DNA of 64,000 nt, taken from positions 248,001 to 312,000 of the forward strand of contig NIVC01001096.1 of assembly GCA_002269645.1 (NCBI GenBank), in the 5' to 3' direction. Each line of letters starts with the position of its first letter. Within the stretch, counting starts at the first letter, position 1. A program made the position numbers and the translations under genes. The notes under the pieces are model-generated. The model saw nothing but the letters and a program-made list of their open reading frames with translations. It was not told the origin of the DNA and ran no database searches. Positions 48,440-62,300 of this stretch are shown piece after piece. Source of the DNA: Macrostomum lignano (taxonomy: Eukaryota).

Positions 48440-48705
48440 AAAGGAGAGACTGGAGGCAGGACACAGCAGGGTGAGAGGCAGGACACAGCAGGGTGAGAGG
48501 CAGGACACAGCAGGGTGAGAGGCAGGACACAACAGGGTGAGAGGCAGGACACAGCAGGGTGAGAGGCAGGACACAACAGGGTGAGAGGCAGGATACAGCA
48601 GGGTGAGAGGCAGGACACAACAGGGGGAGAGGCAGGACACAGCAGGGTGAGAGGCAGGACACAGCAGGGTGAGAGGCAGGACACAGCAGGGTGAGAGGCA
48701 GGACA
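48440..48705. repeat. 22-bp minisatellite (GGACACAGCAGGGTGAGAGGCA), ~12 copies
   Basis: Read directly from the sequence. Confidence 0.95.
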
Positions 48706-48982
48706 CAAAAGTTAGCATTGGCTCATTGCACAGCCCATGTACAATTAAAAGTGCTCAGTTGTACTTAGCATTCTGCTATCTGAAGCATATCTGCAATTCT
48801 CACCTCTAGAAGATCTTATCGCATGCAGGCGGCTGCTCTAGCCAGTTGACTCTACATGTATATTATTAAAAAGCCAAGAAAAACTTGGCTGCAGAAAAAG
48901 CAGGCAAGCAATCGACAACAGAAGAGTGCCAATCCAGAAGCAGAGAGTCAAAGTTTGTGTCAGCTGGCCGACCTGACCCGTC

Positions 48983-49321
48983 ATGAGCAAGGAGCCGCAG
49001 CCACCGCCGCCGCCCTATCAGCAGCAGCAGCAGCAGCCGCCTCCGATGGGAGCCTACCCACCCAACACTGTGATTATCACCCCTCCTACTCTATTCAGAG
49101 ATTTCCCAGTCAGCATCCAGTGCCCGCACTGTCACTGCAATGTCAGCACCCAGGTGACCAAGGACACAGGAGTGCTGCCATGGATAGCCTGCGGCGGCCT
49201 GGCGTTGCTTGGCTGTTGGCTCGGCTGCTGCCTGATCCCGTTCTGCATTGACGGACTGAAAGACGACATTCACTCGTGTCCCCAGTGCGGCAAGGTCGTC
49301 GGGCAGCACAAGAAGATTTGA
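48983..49321 (+). CDS. LITAF-domain protein (112 aa), intronless
   Basis: Pro-rich N-terminus with PPPY, CPHC, hydrophobic GCWLGCCLIPFC, HSCPQC...G. Confidence 0.93.
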   Translation: MSKEPQPPPPPYQQQQQQPPPMGAYPPNTVIITPPTLFRDFPVSIQCPHCHCNVSTQVTKDTGVLPWIACGGLALLGCWLGCCLIPFCIDGLKDDIHSCPQCGKVVGQHKKI

Positions 49322-49614
49322 TAACGCAAAAGGACTCTGATGACCTCAATCATGGATTATCTATCAACTTTTTTGTTACAGATTTTGATTGAGGATTAAT
49401 TGGTGAACTTCATAGTTCCAAATTCTGATTGATTAAATATTTTGTTCGTTCAAAATTGATTGAAAATATTCGACAGCGATCAAGCGTGGTCCGCTGCGAG
49501 AAATAAATGCGAATTACTAAATTTTGTCATGACTGACTGAATGTTGTCATGACTCTGTGGAAAGGTGCAGTTAACGGAATATCTGGAAAATGTCTGTTGT
49601 ATCTGATCCGTCTA

Positions 49615-50500
49615 TATCTGGATGACGTCAGTGTTATACCTGGATGATGTCAGTGTTATACCTGGATGATGTCAGTGTTATATCTGGATGATGTTAGGGT
49701 TATATCTGGATGATTTCAGTGTTATATCTGGATGATGTTAGGGTTATATCTGGATGATTTCAGTGTTATATCTGGATGATGTTAGGGTTATACGAGCTAT
49801 CTGGATGATGTCAGTGTTATATCTGGATGATGTCAGTGTTATATCTGGATGATGCCAGTGTTATATCTGGATGATGTCAGTGTTATATCTGGATGATGTC
49901 AGTGTTATATCTGGATGATGCCAGTGTTATATCTGGATGATGTCAGTGTTATATCTGGATGATGCCAGTGTTATATCTGGATGATGTCAGTGTTATATCT
50001 GGATGATGCCAGTGTTATATCTGGATGATGTCAGTGTTATATCTGGATGATGTCTGTGTTATATCTGGATGATGTCTGTGTTATATCTGGATGATGTCAG
50101 TGTTATTTCTGGATGATGTCTGTGTTATATCTGGATGATGTCAGTGTTATATCTGGATGATGTCAGTGTTATATCTGGATGATGCCAGTGTTATATCTGG
50201 ATGATGTCAGTGTTATATCTGGATGATGTCAGTGTTATTTCTGGATGATGTCAGTGTTATATCTGGATGATGTCTGTGTTATATCTGGATGATGTCAGTG
50301 TTATTTCTGGATGATGTCAGTGTTATATCTGGATGATGTCTGTGTTATATCTGGATGATGTCAGTGTTATTTCTGGATGATGTCAGTGTTATATCTGGAT
50401 GATGTCTGTGTTATATCTGGATGATGTCAGTGTTATTTCTGGATGATGTCAGTGTTATATCTGGATGATGTCTGTGTTATATCTGGATGATGCTAGGGTT
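49615..50500. repeat. 22-bp minisatellite (ATATCTGGATGATGTCAGTGTT), ~40 copies
   Basis: Read directly from the sequence. Confidence 0.96.
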
Positions 50501-50997
50501 ATATCTAGATCTATATTACAGCTGGAAAATGCCTGTGCTATAAATAGATGTCAGTTTGATAGTCGGAAGATATCAGTGAAATCTCTGGGGTGTCAGTGAA
50601 TTCTATCAAGCTCTAGGAGGTAGGCAATTATTGATTAGGGGCCAATATTTAATTGCATGCTGCATGTGACTCTATTATAAACTTTGACGTCAACGTTGCT
50701 ATGGTGACACGATAGAGCAATTATTATAATAATTATCCAACTACACTAAATCTAGATTATACTTGATTGCCTATCCAGCTATATTCACATGCGCAGGAAT
50801 GGCGAACTTCTATCTAAACTCGATCGTTTCTAAGCAATAGCTGGAGCCCTTATCTCTCTATGTACTCCTATGCGTCACGGCGGGGAGGGTTGTCAGTGAA
50901 GCCAGTTAACAGTATATAATACTGTAGCGGTTGCCGCTGCTCAAGTCGGACCTCAAGTCCAAACAGATTACAGTAATTGGAAAGCTATAGGCCAACC

Positions 50998-51381
50998 ATG
51001 AGTCAACCAGGTGAACCCGTTGTGCAGCAGCAGCCGCCGCCTGCCTACCCGATGCCGCCGCCGCAGCAGGGTGGCTACCCGCCACCTCCGCAGGGTTACC
51101 CTCCCGGTCCGGGCGGCTACCCCGGAGTCGTCACGGTTCCCCCGCCGGTGGTCTTCCGGGAATTACCTGTGACAATGACTTGTCCACACTGTCACGCCAG
51201 CATCAGCACACAGGTAACCATGGATACGGGCCTGTTGCCTTGGCTAATCTGCGGCGGCCTGTGCCTATTCGGCTGCTGGCTGGGCTGCTGCCTGATCCCA
51301 TTCTGCATGGACGGCGTCAAGGACGCGATCCACACCTGTCCGCAGTGCCGAAAGGTGGTCGGGCACTACAAAAGAATTTGA
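50998..51381 (+). CDS. LITAF-domain protein (127 aa), intronless paralogue
   Basis: ATG at 50998 (track start 50977 is TTG). PPAY/GGYP-rich N-terminus, TCPHC, GCWLGCCLIPFC, HTCPQC...GHYKR. Confidence 0.93.
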   Translation: MSQPGEPVVQQQPPPAYPMPPPQQGGYPPPPQGYPPGPGGYPGVVTVPPPVVFRELPVTMTCPHCHASISTQVTMDTGLLPWLICGGLCLFGCWLGCCLIPFCMDGVKDAIHTCPQCRKVVGHYKRI

Positions 51382-51604
51382 TTGCTGCAGGGCTCTGCCG
51401 CGGAGCAAGACTTTATAATCAGTGTTTTATGATTTCTCTTTACTAAATTTTTCCAAATAAACAGATATAGATCAACAGAATCAACTAATTAACGGCACCA
51501 CATGCAGATGAATAAGCGCCTTCATCCTTTTAATTTCTAAGAATTGCAACACCGCATTCTTTTACTACTTTTATGCTATGCGATAGACAATCTCTATGCG
51601 AATT

Positions 51605-52140
51605 AGTAAGTGCAGGGAGCGACACAAGTGCAGGGAGTGACACACAAGTGTAGGGAGTGACACAAGTGCAGGGAGCGACACAAGTGCAGGGAGTGACACA
51701 CAAGTGTAGGGAGTGACACAAGTGCAGGGAGTGACAAAAGTGCAGGGAGTGACACACCAGTGCAGAGAGTGACACACACCAGTTCAGGGAGTGACACACA
51801 CAAGTGCAGGGAGTGACCCACATCAGTGAAGGGAGTGACACAAGTGCAGGGAGTGAAACACACCAGTGCAGGGAGTGACACACACCAGTGCAGAGTGACA
51901 CACACACAAACACCAGTGCAGGGAGTAACCCAAACTAGTACAGGGAGTGACACACATCAGTGCAGAGTGACACACACACACACATACACACCAGTGCAGG
52001 GAGTGACCCAAACTAGTGCAGAGTGACACACACACACACATACACACCAGTGCAGGGAGTGACACACAGTGCAGAGTGACACACACACACACATACGCAC
52101 CAGTGCAGTGAGTGACCCACACCAGTGCTGGGAGTGGCAC
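51605..52140. repeat. 18-24-bp minisatellite (GTGACACACAAGTGCAGGGA and variants)
   Basis: Read directly from the sequence. Confidence 0.9.
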
Positions 52141-52504
52141 ACAATGTGCAATTAGCCACACCCCAAAGCGAGCAAAAGCTGGAGTTAGTCAGAAAATCTC
52201 AGCCAAGCGTCGTGAGCGAGGTTGGCTGTTAGCAACCAGTGGTATCTACTGTCAACATATGGCAAATCAATGCGCAGATAAGACTGTAAGAGACGTTGAT
52301 AATGAATTTAGTCCCTCACAGCTATGGAATCGCTTCATTAGTTTTTATCGGTGCACAGCATGAGGCTAAATTTCGAAAAAAGGTCTTCTGAGTCGTGCGT
52401 GTGCGCAGAAAGCAAAGCCGTACTGAATTGCTTGATGTAAAACGCATTCAAACAAATAATTAATTGCGAAAGTCTTCTTTAACACGAGTAACTACCGATA
52501 GAAG

Positions 52505-53035
52505 TCTCACCCATAACTAAGAGAATATCCAAGATACTTACCCATAGACAGGGGAATATCCAACATATCTCACTCATAGACTAGAGAATATCCAAGATAT
52601 CTCACCCATAGCTAAGAGAATATCCAAGATACCTACCCATAGACAGGGGAATATCCAACATATCTCACTCATAGACTAGAGAATATCCAAGATATCTCAC
52701 CCATTGATAAGAGAATATCGAAGATATCTCACCCATAGCTAAGAGAATATCCAAGATACCTACCCATAGACAGGGGAATATCCAACATATCTCACTCATA
52801 GACTAGAGAATATCCAAGATATCTCACCCATTGATAAGAGAATATCGAAGATATCTCACCCATAGCTAAGAGAATATCCAAGATACCTACCCATAGACAG
52901 GGGAATATCCAACATATCTTACTCATAGACTAGAGAATATCTGAGATACCCCACCCATAGATAGGAGAATATCCAAGATATCATCTTACTAATAGACAAG
53001 ATAATATGCAATATATCCTACCCATAGACGAGAGA
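52505..53035. repeat. ~32-bp minisatellite with a 127-bp higher-order unit
   Basis: The CCATAGACAGGGG variant occurs at 52542, 52637, 52764 and 52891 (spacings 95, 127, 127). Confidence 0.88.
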
Positions 53036-53479
53036 TAATCTACAAATTGAAAAGACAAATGAAAGGACAAAATAAAATTTGCACAAACTCTTCACAAAAA
53101 GCAGCGATCTCAGCGAGAATCGGAATGAAACCCGGCAACAGGAAAAAGCACTCGCTAAGAATTGGGTGCATCTTTTTAATTGGAAACAAAAAAAGAAAGA
53201 GATATTGATTTATAATCATAGAAATAATGTCGTATTGATCGAATAGGCCCGGTGCAGTTAAGGGAAAATTTATGATGCAGTGAAATTAATAATAAGTTTT
53301 GAAGCTGCAGTTATACATTAAAAGTAACTTGAAGCTTTGCGTTAAAACTTACGAGTAAGTTCAATTTTTTTAAAGTACTCAGACGGCAGAAAAACAAAAG
53401 TACAAACAGTTATAATTAAAATCGATGAAGTGACCTTCAGTTACATTTTTGATTAACGTATGGATGAGGTTGGGGCAGA

Positions 53480-54230
53480 GGGGAGAGAGGGTGAGACAGA
53501 GGGGAGATGTGAGACGGGGGGATGAGACAGGGGAGAGAGGGTGAGACAGAGAGGGGAGGTGAGACAGAGAGGGGAGGTGAGACAGGGGGATGAGACAGGG
53601 GAGAGAGGGTGAGACAGAGAGGGGAGGTGAGACAGGGGATAAGACAGGGGAGAGAGGGTGAGACAGAGAGGGGAGGTGAGACAGAGGGATGAGACAGGGG
53701 AGAGAGGGTGAGACAGAGAGGGGAGGTGAGACAGGGGATAAGACAGGGGAGAGAGGGTGAGACAGAGAGGGGAGGTGAGACAGGGGGATGAGACAGGGGA
53801 GAGAGGGTGAGACAGGGGAGAGAGGGTGAGACAAAGGAGAGAGGGGAGACAGGGGAGAGAGGGTGAGACAGAGAGGGGAGGGGAGACAGGGGAGAGAGTG
53901 TGAGACAGAGAGGGGAGGGGAGACAGGGGAGAGAGGGTGAGACAGAGAGGGGAAGGGAGACAGGGGGATGAGACAGGGGAGAGAGGGTGAGACAGAGGGG
54001 AGGTGAGACGGGGGGATGAGACAGGGGAGAGAGGGTGAGACAGAGAGGGGAGGGGAGACAGGGGAGAGAGGGTGAGACAGAGAGGGGAGGGGAGACAGGG
54101 GAGAGAGGGTGAAACAGAGAGGGGAGGGGAGACAGGGGAGAGAGGGTGAGACAGAGAGGGGAGGGGAGACAGGGGAGAGAGGGTGAGAAAGAGAGGGGAG
54201 ACGAGACAGGGGAGAGAGGGTGAGACACCG
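53480..54230. repeat. Purine-rich (GAGGGTGAGACAG...) compound array
   Basis: Read directly from the sequence. Confidence 0.92.
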
Positions 54231-55199
54231 TGGTTTGAAAATAGATGGACGAACAAAAGCAAAAGCAAGCAAGCAAGCCAGACAATACATAGAAGCAAAT
54301 AGTTGGAGACCAAAAACAAGAAGAGAACAGACGTGGATACAGAGCAAAGTAGACATAAACAGTAGTTTAATAATAAAAAAACAATATAGAAAAACCTTCG
54401 AATGAAAATGGAGCCGAAAAATCAACTGGGCCTTTCGATGTGACAACTTAATTAATGACCTATTAAAATGATGCCAAAAAATATGGACAAAACTTTCGTT
54501 AGCCGAATAAAATATCCATAAAGTGTCGCCATGGTAACAGTAATTTCGGCGTTTGGTTAATAAAAACAAAAAATAACCAAGCCAGAAAATGGTTAGCAAA
54601 TAAAATTGATCAAGAGAAACACAATAATGTCGTTAATATAAACACGAGAAAACATTGACATACTACTGTTCACATAAAACTGTATCAGTAGTACTAATAG
54701 TGAACTAAAAAAAGCCATGGAATATGCTGGAAAATTTAAGATAAATGAAGTTAGCTCGTAAGTAAAACACAAATAAGGAATGATGATAATTTTTTGTTTA
54801 ATTTAAATTCTTAAATTGTCAGAAAAAAACAAAGAAAAACGCGCTAGTAGCTACTTATCAGCCGGGACAAATGATTTAGTAGTATGATGCGCCTATTTCA
54901 GGTTAGACGGATTTTCAAAACTCCAGAAACATTGGAAGAGACAAGGACACAATTACAAGGACAACAACGACAACAACTGGATTTGAAACGCCTTTAGAAT
55001 TGAAACGATAATAAATGTGCGGACATTGGAAAATTGTCAACTGTGGAGCGCTAGATTGTTAGTGCCTGTTAAGCTAAGTTTTAAAACTGCTCGAATTCTT
55101 TTCAAACGCGATAACATGCACTACAGAGAACAGTGGGAATTGATACGGAGAGGCGAGACATAGAGGTGAAACGTATGTAGAGGTGAGAGGGAAAGGTGG

Positions 55200-55500
55200 G
55201 ATGGGGAGGTGAGATGGGGAGGTGAGATGGAGGGCTGAGAGAGATGTGGAGGTGAGATGGAGGGCTGAGAGAGATGGGGAGGTGAGATGGAGGGCTGAGA
55301 GAGATGGGGAGGTGAGATGGAGGGCTGAGAGAGATGGGGAGGTGAGATGGAGGGCTGAGAGAGATAGGGAGGTGAAATGGAGAGCTGAGAGTCAGGGAGG
55401 TGAGATGAGGTGAGATCGAGAGCTGAGAGTCAGGGAGGTGAGATGAGGAGGTGAGATAAAGAGCTGAGAGACAAGGAGAGGAGATGAGGAGGTGAGAGAT
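55200..55500. repeat. 30-bp purine-rich minisatellite (GAGGTGAGATGGAGGGCTGAGAGAGATGGG)
   Basis: Read directly; 10-aa period in ORF 55222..55413. Confidence 0.9.
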
Positions 55501-55646
55501 GCAGAGGGGAGTTGGAGAAGTGGATAGGGATGACCAACTGGCCTATTCAATGGCTGTAGATCAAAGACCAACCATTGCAAGAACCAACCCAACACTCGAA
55601 CAGCAAAGCTAGACTTCATCAGCGCGTCTCATCAACAATAGCGATA

Positions 55647-56063
55647 TCACAGGCTCAGATCGTCCATCTGCTCTGTGAGATTCAGATGCTCCACGTTGCT
55701 GCCGCCGCCGCAATCGCGCCTGCCGCCGGCTGACGGCAAGATGGACCGCTTGAGCTTGGACAGCACGGCCGAGCCGCCTGCGCCACCTCCACCGGATCGT
55801 CGACCACCCCGAACCGACACGTCCAGCTCGCCGTCGTCGTTGCCGGCGCCCCTGAACCGGTTGTCATCGTCGTCTTCGTCGTCGCCTTCGTTAACGGCGC
55901 AGGATTCTACGCCGGGCAGCTCGCCCTCCTTGGACTCCACCAACTGCATGTACTTGTATTGGAGGCTGCGGGAGGGAGGGGAATTGCGACTGCTGTAGGG
56001 CTGGGAATGACAGGCGGAGAGACAGACAGACACTAAGACAGACAGACAGACAGACAGACAGTA

Positions 56064-56138
<75 letters not shown>

Positions 56139-56313
56139 TAGACAGACAGACAGTAAGACAGACAGACAGTAAGACAGACAGACAGACAGACAGACAGAAA
56201 GACAGTAAGACAGACAGACAGACAGAAAGACAGAAAGACAGTAAGACAGACAGAAAGACAGAAAGACAGACAGACAGACAGAAAGACAGAAAGACAGACA
56301 GACACTAAGACAC

Positions 56314-56369
<56 letters not shown>

Positions 56370-59300
56370 GCAGAGACAGAACTCACGTCTTATTCTTTCT
56401 GTAGCAGTGGCAGGCCAGGGCCAGAGACAAGAAGCCGATGAACAGCACGACAACCATAACAATGCCAACCGGCTTGTTCACCAGCGGACAGTCCACAACC
56501 TGCGTCTTTTTCGTTGGCTCTCCGCCAGGCAGGTAGCAGCGCCTGAAGTGCGGGCATTGGGAAGTATTGAAACGCAGATAGGGTTAAAAATTAATAGGTA
56601 AGAGAGGTGAGAGGGAGAGGCAAGTGGGAGGTGTGTGATAAAGGTGAGGAGCTGATAAGGCATATGAGGAATCTCATTAATACAGAGCCACAGTGCTTAT
56701 TGCAATCAATCAGACTCACTTTGGCGGGTACATGTGTACAGTCTGCTTGCCCATGACGCACTCTCCGTTCACCCTTTCGTATTCCTTAGTCTGGCACAGT
56801 TTGCAGGCCTCCTTGGCCTCCATTAGCAGGTGAAAATTGCAGCCGTCGCAGGTGCCGTCGGGACAATTTGGCGGCAGGCTGAGGCGCGGAGTGGCGGCCT
56901 TGGGATCGCAGCGCAGAGTTACCAAGGTGACGCGGTGCTTGGAGCAGACCTGGATTGGATTGCAATTGTTTTTAGTTAATTATTATAAACTTCGGAAAAA
57001 GAACCAATTATCGATCGATGGTGAGTTCCCGGAAAAAATCAATAATCGATCGATGGGGAACTTCAGGAAAAGAATAAATTATCGATCGATGGTGAGTTCC
57101 CGGAAAAATCAATAATCGATCGATAAGAAACTTCCGGAAAAATCAAGAAACGATCGATGGAAACTTCCAAAAGAATAAAATTATCGATCGATGAGGAATT
57201 TCCGGAAAAATCAATAATCGATCGATGAGGAACTTAATAGAAAAACATCAAATAAATGCATGAAAAATAGGAGAAAATCAAAGAATCAAAAAGAAACCAG
57301 CAACAAGTTTGTGATCACCTCAGTAGTATAATCCGACTCAAAGAAGATGTGAGTGTCCATTTTGTCCGGATCGCTTTTCCAGCCGGACGCCTTGAGCATT
57401 GCCTCAGCGCCCGGGCTCTGCTCAGAATTGGTGGCGTTCACTAGCCGATCGGCGAAGGAGTTCGGCAGGGCGGCCAGGGTCAGACTGGAGTTGCCGTGAT
57501 TCGGGACAATGGTGACGCGGCAGACAAAGGATTCAACAGATTTGTCCGCCAACTGAAAGGGGCGTAGGTTTGAACTTCTAGTTGACATTCTTGAAGATGC
57601 ATGGATGTTAAGGTATATAGGAATGTGGATTTCTGTAGGTTAGAGATTTGGGACCTTGGGGTGACTCAGCACTTCTGCTCATTCCACCATTCTTTAAGAT
57701 TAGGGATTGATGATTCTAGTTTAGGGATTTGGGATTCTTGTAGATTATGGATTTTGAATTCTTGTGCATTATGGATTTGGGGTTCTTGTAGATTATGGAT
57801 TTGGGAATCTTGTAGATTATGGATTTGGGATTCTTGTAGATTCTGGATTTGGGAATCTTGTAAATTATGGATTTGGGATTCTTGCAGATTAGGGATTTAG
57901 GATTCTTGTAGATTATGGATTTTGAATTCTTGTGCATTATGGATTTGGGATTTATGGATTTGGGATTTTTGCAGATTTGGGATTTGGGATTCTTGTAGAT
58001 TATGGATTTTGGATTCTTGTGCATTATGGACTTGGGAATCTTGTAAATTATGGAGTTCCCTAATTCTTGCAGATTAGGGATTTGGGATTCTTTTAGATTA
58101 TGGATTTGGGATTCTTGTAAATTTGGAATTTGGGATTCTTGTAGATTAAGGATTAGGTAATCTTGAGATTTGGGATTTGGGAATCTTGAGATTTGGAATT
58201 TGGGATTCTTTTAGATTATGGATTTTGGATTCTTGTAGATTCTGGATTTTGGATTCTTGTAGATTATGGATTTTGAATTCTTGTGCATTATGGATTTGGG
58301 ATTCTTGTAGATTATGGATTTGGGAATCTTGTAGATTATGGATTTGGGATTCTTGTAGATTCTGGATTTGGGAATCTTGTGCATTATGGATTTGGGATTC
58401 TTGTAGATTATGGATTTGGGAATCTTGTAGATTATGGATTTTGGATTCTTGTAGATTTGGGATTTGGGATTCTTGTAGATTATGGATTTGGGATTTTTGC
58501 AGATTTGGGATTTGGGATTCTTGTAGATTATGGATTTTGGATTCTTGTAAATTATGGATTTGGGATTCTTGTAGATTATGGATTTGGGATTCTTGTAGAT
58601 TATGGATTTGGGATTCTTGTAGATTATGGATTTTGAATTCTTGTGCATTATGGATTTGGGATTCTTGTAGATTATGGATTTGGGAATCTTGTAGATTATG
58701 GATTTTGGATTCTTGTAAATTATGGATTTGGGATTCTTGTAGATTATGGATTTGGGATTCTTGTAGATTATGGATTTGGGATTCTTGTAGATTATGGATT
58801 GTGAATTCTTGTGCATTATGGATTTGGGATTCTTGTAGATTATGGATTTGGGAATCTTGTAGATTATGGATTTTGGATTCTTGTAGATTTGGGATTTGGG
58901 ATTCTTGTAGATTATGGATTTGGGATTTTTGCAGATTTGGGATTTGGGATTCTTGTAGATTATGGATTTTGGATTCTTGTGCATTATGGACTTGGGAATC
59001 TTGTAAATTATGGAGTTCCCTAATTCTTGCAGATTAGGGATTTGGGATTCTTTTAGATTAAGGATTTAGGATTCTTTTAGATTATGGATTTGGGATTCTT
59101 GTAAATTTGGAATTTGGGATTCTTGTAGATTAAGGATTAGGTAATCTTGAGATTTGGGATTTGGGAATCTTGAGATTTGGAATTTGGGATTCTTGTAGAT
59201 TCTGGATTTGGGATTCTTGTAGATAATGGATTTGGGAATCTTGTAAATTATGGATTTCGGATTCCTGCAGATTAGGGATTTGGGATTCTTGTAGATCAAG

Positions 59301-62300
59301 GATTTGGGATTCTTGTTGGAATTCTTGACCGACAAAATAGTTTTCTTTTTAAGACTCGGACTTTGAGAACTTTGCGAGTAATTCACAATACCTAATGACT
59401 ACTCACCTTAGTAGCGTTGGACTCGCACTTAGCTTTAGTGCCAGCCGTCAGTGACACATTGTACACGTGAGTATATTGATTGCCCCGTCCAGTGAACAGT
59501 TTCGCTCCTCGAGCTAAATAATACTGACCGGGACTGAGCAGGTTAGTGAAATCGAACTCGGGACCGCCGAGGTGATCCGACTGTTTTGGTCCCTTGGGAT
59601 TTAGCACGCAGGCGACGCCGTCAAGGGCTCGCATGCCGGCGGGGCAGGGAGCGCAGGAGTTCACGCCTTCGGCTGGGTGCTTGGCAACCACTTGGCCAGT
59701 TGGACAGGGGTAGCAGGTGATATTTTTCGAATCGTAGTACTTTCCAGCAGGACAGGGGATGCATCTGCAGTAGCAGTGGCGGTGGGTGGATGTAAATAAT
59801 TTACTATGGAATATGAGAATCTGGAAGCTGAAGACCTGCGGATGTGCGATATGGAAACTGGGAATCGAAGGTTTGAGAATTTGGGATTTGGCAATGTGAG
59901 AATTTGGGATCTGGGAATGTGAGAATTTGGGATCTGGAAATGTGAGAATTTGGGATCTGGAAATGTGAGAATTTGGGATCTGGAAATGTGAGAATTTGGG
60001 ATCTGGGATTCTGGGAATGTGAGAATTTGGGATCTGGCAATGTGAGAATTTGGGATCTGGCAATGTGAGAATTTGGGATCTGGCAATGTACGAATTTGGG
60101 ATCTGGGAATGTGAGAATTTGGGATCTGGGAATGTGAGGATTTGGGATCTGGGAATATGGGAATTTGGGATCTGGGAATATGAAAATTTGGGATCTGGGA
60201 ATGTGAGACTTTGGGATCTGGGAATGTGAGGATTTGGGATCTGGGAATATGAGGATTTGGGATCTGGGAATGTTAAGATTTGGGATCTAGGAATGCGAGG
60301 ATTTGGGATCTGGGAATATGAGAATTTGGGATCTGGGAATATGAGAATTTGGGATCTGGGAATATGAGAATTTGGAATCTGGGAATGCGAGGATTCGGGA
60401 TCTGGGAATATGAGGATTTGGGATCTGGAATATGAAAATTTGGGATCTGGGATTTGGGAATATGAGAATTTGGGATCTGGGAATGTGAGGATTTGGGATC
60501 TGGAAATATGAGGATTTGGGATCTGGGAATGTGAGAATTTGGGATCTGGGAACCGAAGATTTGGGACCTTAGAATGTGAGGATTTAGGATCTGGGAATGA
60601 GGATCTTGGAGCTGGAAACTGAGGATTTAGGATCTGGGGGAATTTTAAGATCTGGGATCTGGGAATGTTAAGATTTGAGATTTGGGAATGTGAGGATTTG
60701 GGATCTAGGAATGCGAGGATTCGGGATCTGGGAACTGTGAATTTGAGATCTGGGGACTGTGGATTTGGGATCTGGGGACTGTGGATTTGGGATCTGGGAA
60801 CTGTGAATTTGAGATCTGGGGACTGTGGATTTGGGATATGGGAACTGTGGGTTTGAGATATGGGATCGGGGAACTTGGTAAGTGAGGATGTGGCATTCAG
60901 AATTTGACGATTTAGAAATTTACTCACTTATTGCCCTGAATGCCCAGAGGGCAGGCCTGACATCTGACTCCTCCGCTGCCAAGAGCATTGGGCGCCCTCA
61001 CACTGTACACAGTGAGCACATTGCGCGACCAGTCTACACTTTCGCCGGTTGACGCAGCCGAACCAGCAGCGCTTTCATTGTCTTCAATAAATGGGGCCGG
61101 CTCGAAGATTAGGAAAAATTTGTGACGATCAGTTCGGCGGATTATGTACCTGGGAATTGCGTGGATTTAGGGTGATGCCATGTACGTAAGTACGTAGGAT
61201 GTACATACGTGTAAGTACATGATAGATAGGATGTACATCGGTTTGTGGATTCTTCTGTTGTATCTTATTCAATATTCAACTTACTTGAATTGCGATCTTT
61301 TCTGCGACCCAGCCCAGGTCTTGATTTCCACGTGACGACGACTCTCGTACTGAATATAGAATAGTTTGATTTTATATAATATGACGCTGATAATACTGAG
61401 TGAAAAAGATCTAAGAGGCTTTACTTAGGATTGATGGTTTGAGCTAGTCCTAGAGAATTAGCATAGTTTGTGACTTCATCCGGCAAAAGGTGATGGTTTT
61501 AGTGGCCTAGCAACTGAGAATCTGGGAGGCTGGCCCAGCAACTGAGGATGTGGGAGGCTGGCCCAGCAACTGAGGACCTGGGAGGCTGGCCCAGCAACTG
61601 ACACTCTGGGAGGCTGGCCCAGCAACTGAGGATCTGGGAGGCTGGCCCAGCAACTGACACTCTGGGAGGCTGGCCCAGCAACTGAGGATGTGGGAGGCTG
61701 GCCTAGCAACTGAGGACCTGGGAGGCTGGCCCAGCAACTGAGGATCTGGGAGGCTGGCCCAGCAACTGAGGATGTGGGAGGCTGGCCCAGCAACTGACAC
61801 TCTGGGAGGCTGGCCCAGCAACTGACACTCTGGGAGGCTGGCCCAGCAACTGACACTCTGGGAGGCTGGCCCAGCAACTGACACTCTGGGAGGCAGGCCC
61901 AGCAACTGACACTCTGGGAGGCTGGCCCAGCAACTGAGGATCTGGGAGGCTGGCCCAGCAACTGAGGATCTGGGAGGCTGGCCCAGCAACTGACACTCTG
62001 GAGGCTGGCCCAGCAACTGAGGATCTGGGAGGCTGGCCCAGCAACTGACACTCTGAGAGGCTGGCCCAGCAACTGAGGATCTGGAAGGGTGGCCCAGCAA
62101 CTGACACTCTGGGAGGCTGGCCCAGCAACTGAGGATCTGGGAGGCTGGCCCAGCAACTGACACTCTGAGAGGCTGGCCCAGCAACTGAGGATCTGGGAGG
62201 CTGGCCTAGCAACTGAGGATCTGGGAGGCTGGCCCAGCAACTGAGGATGTGGGAGGCTGGCCCAGCAACTGACACTTTGGGAGGCTGGCCCAGCAACTGA

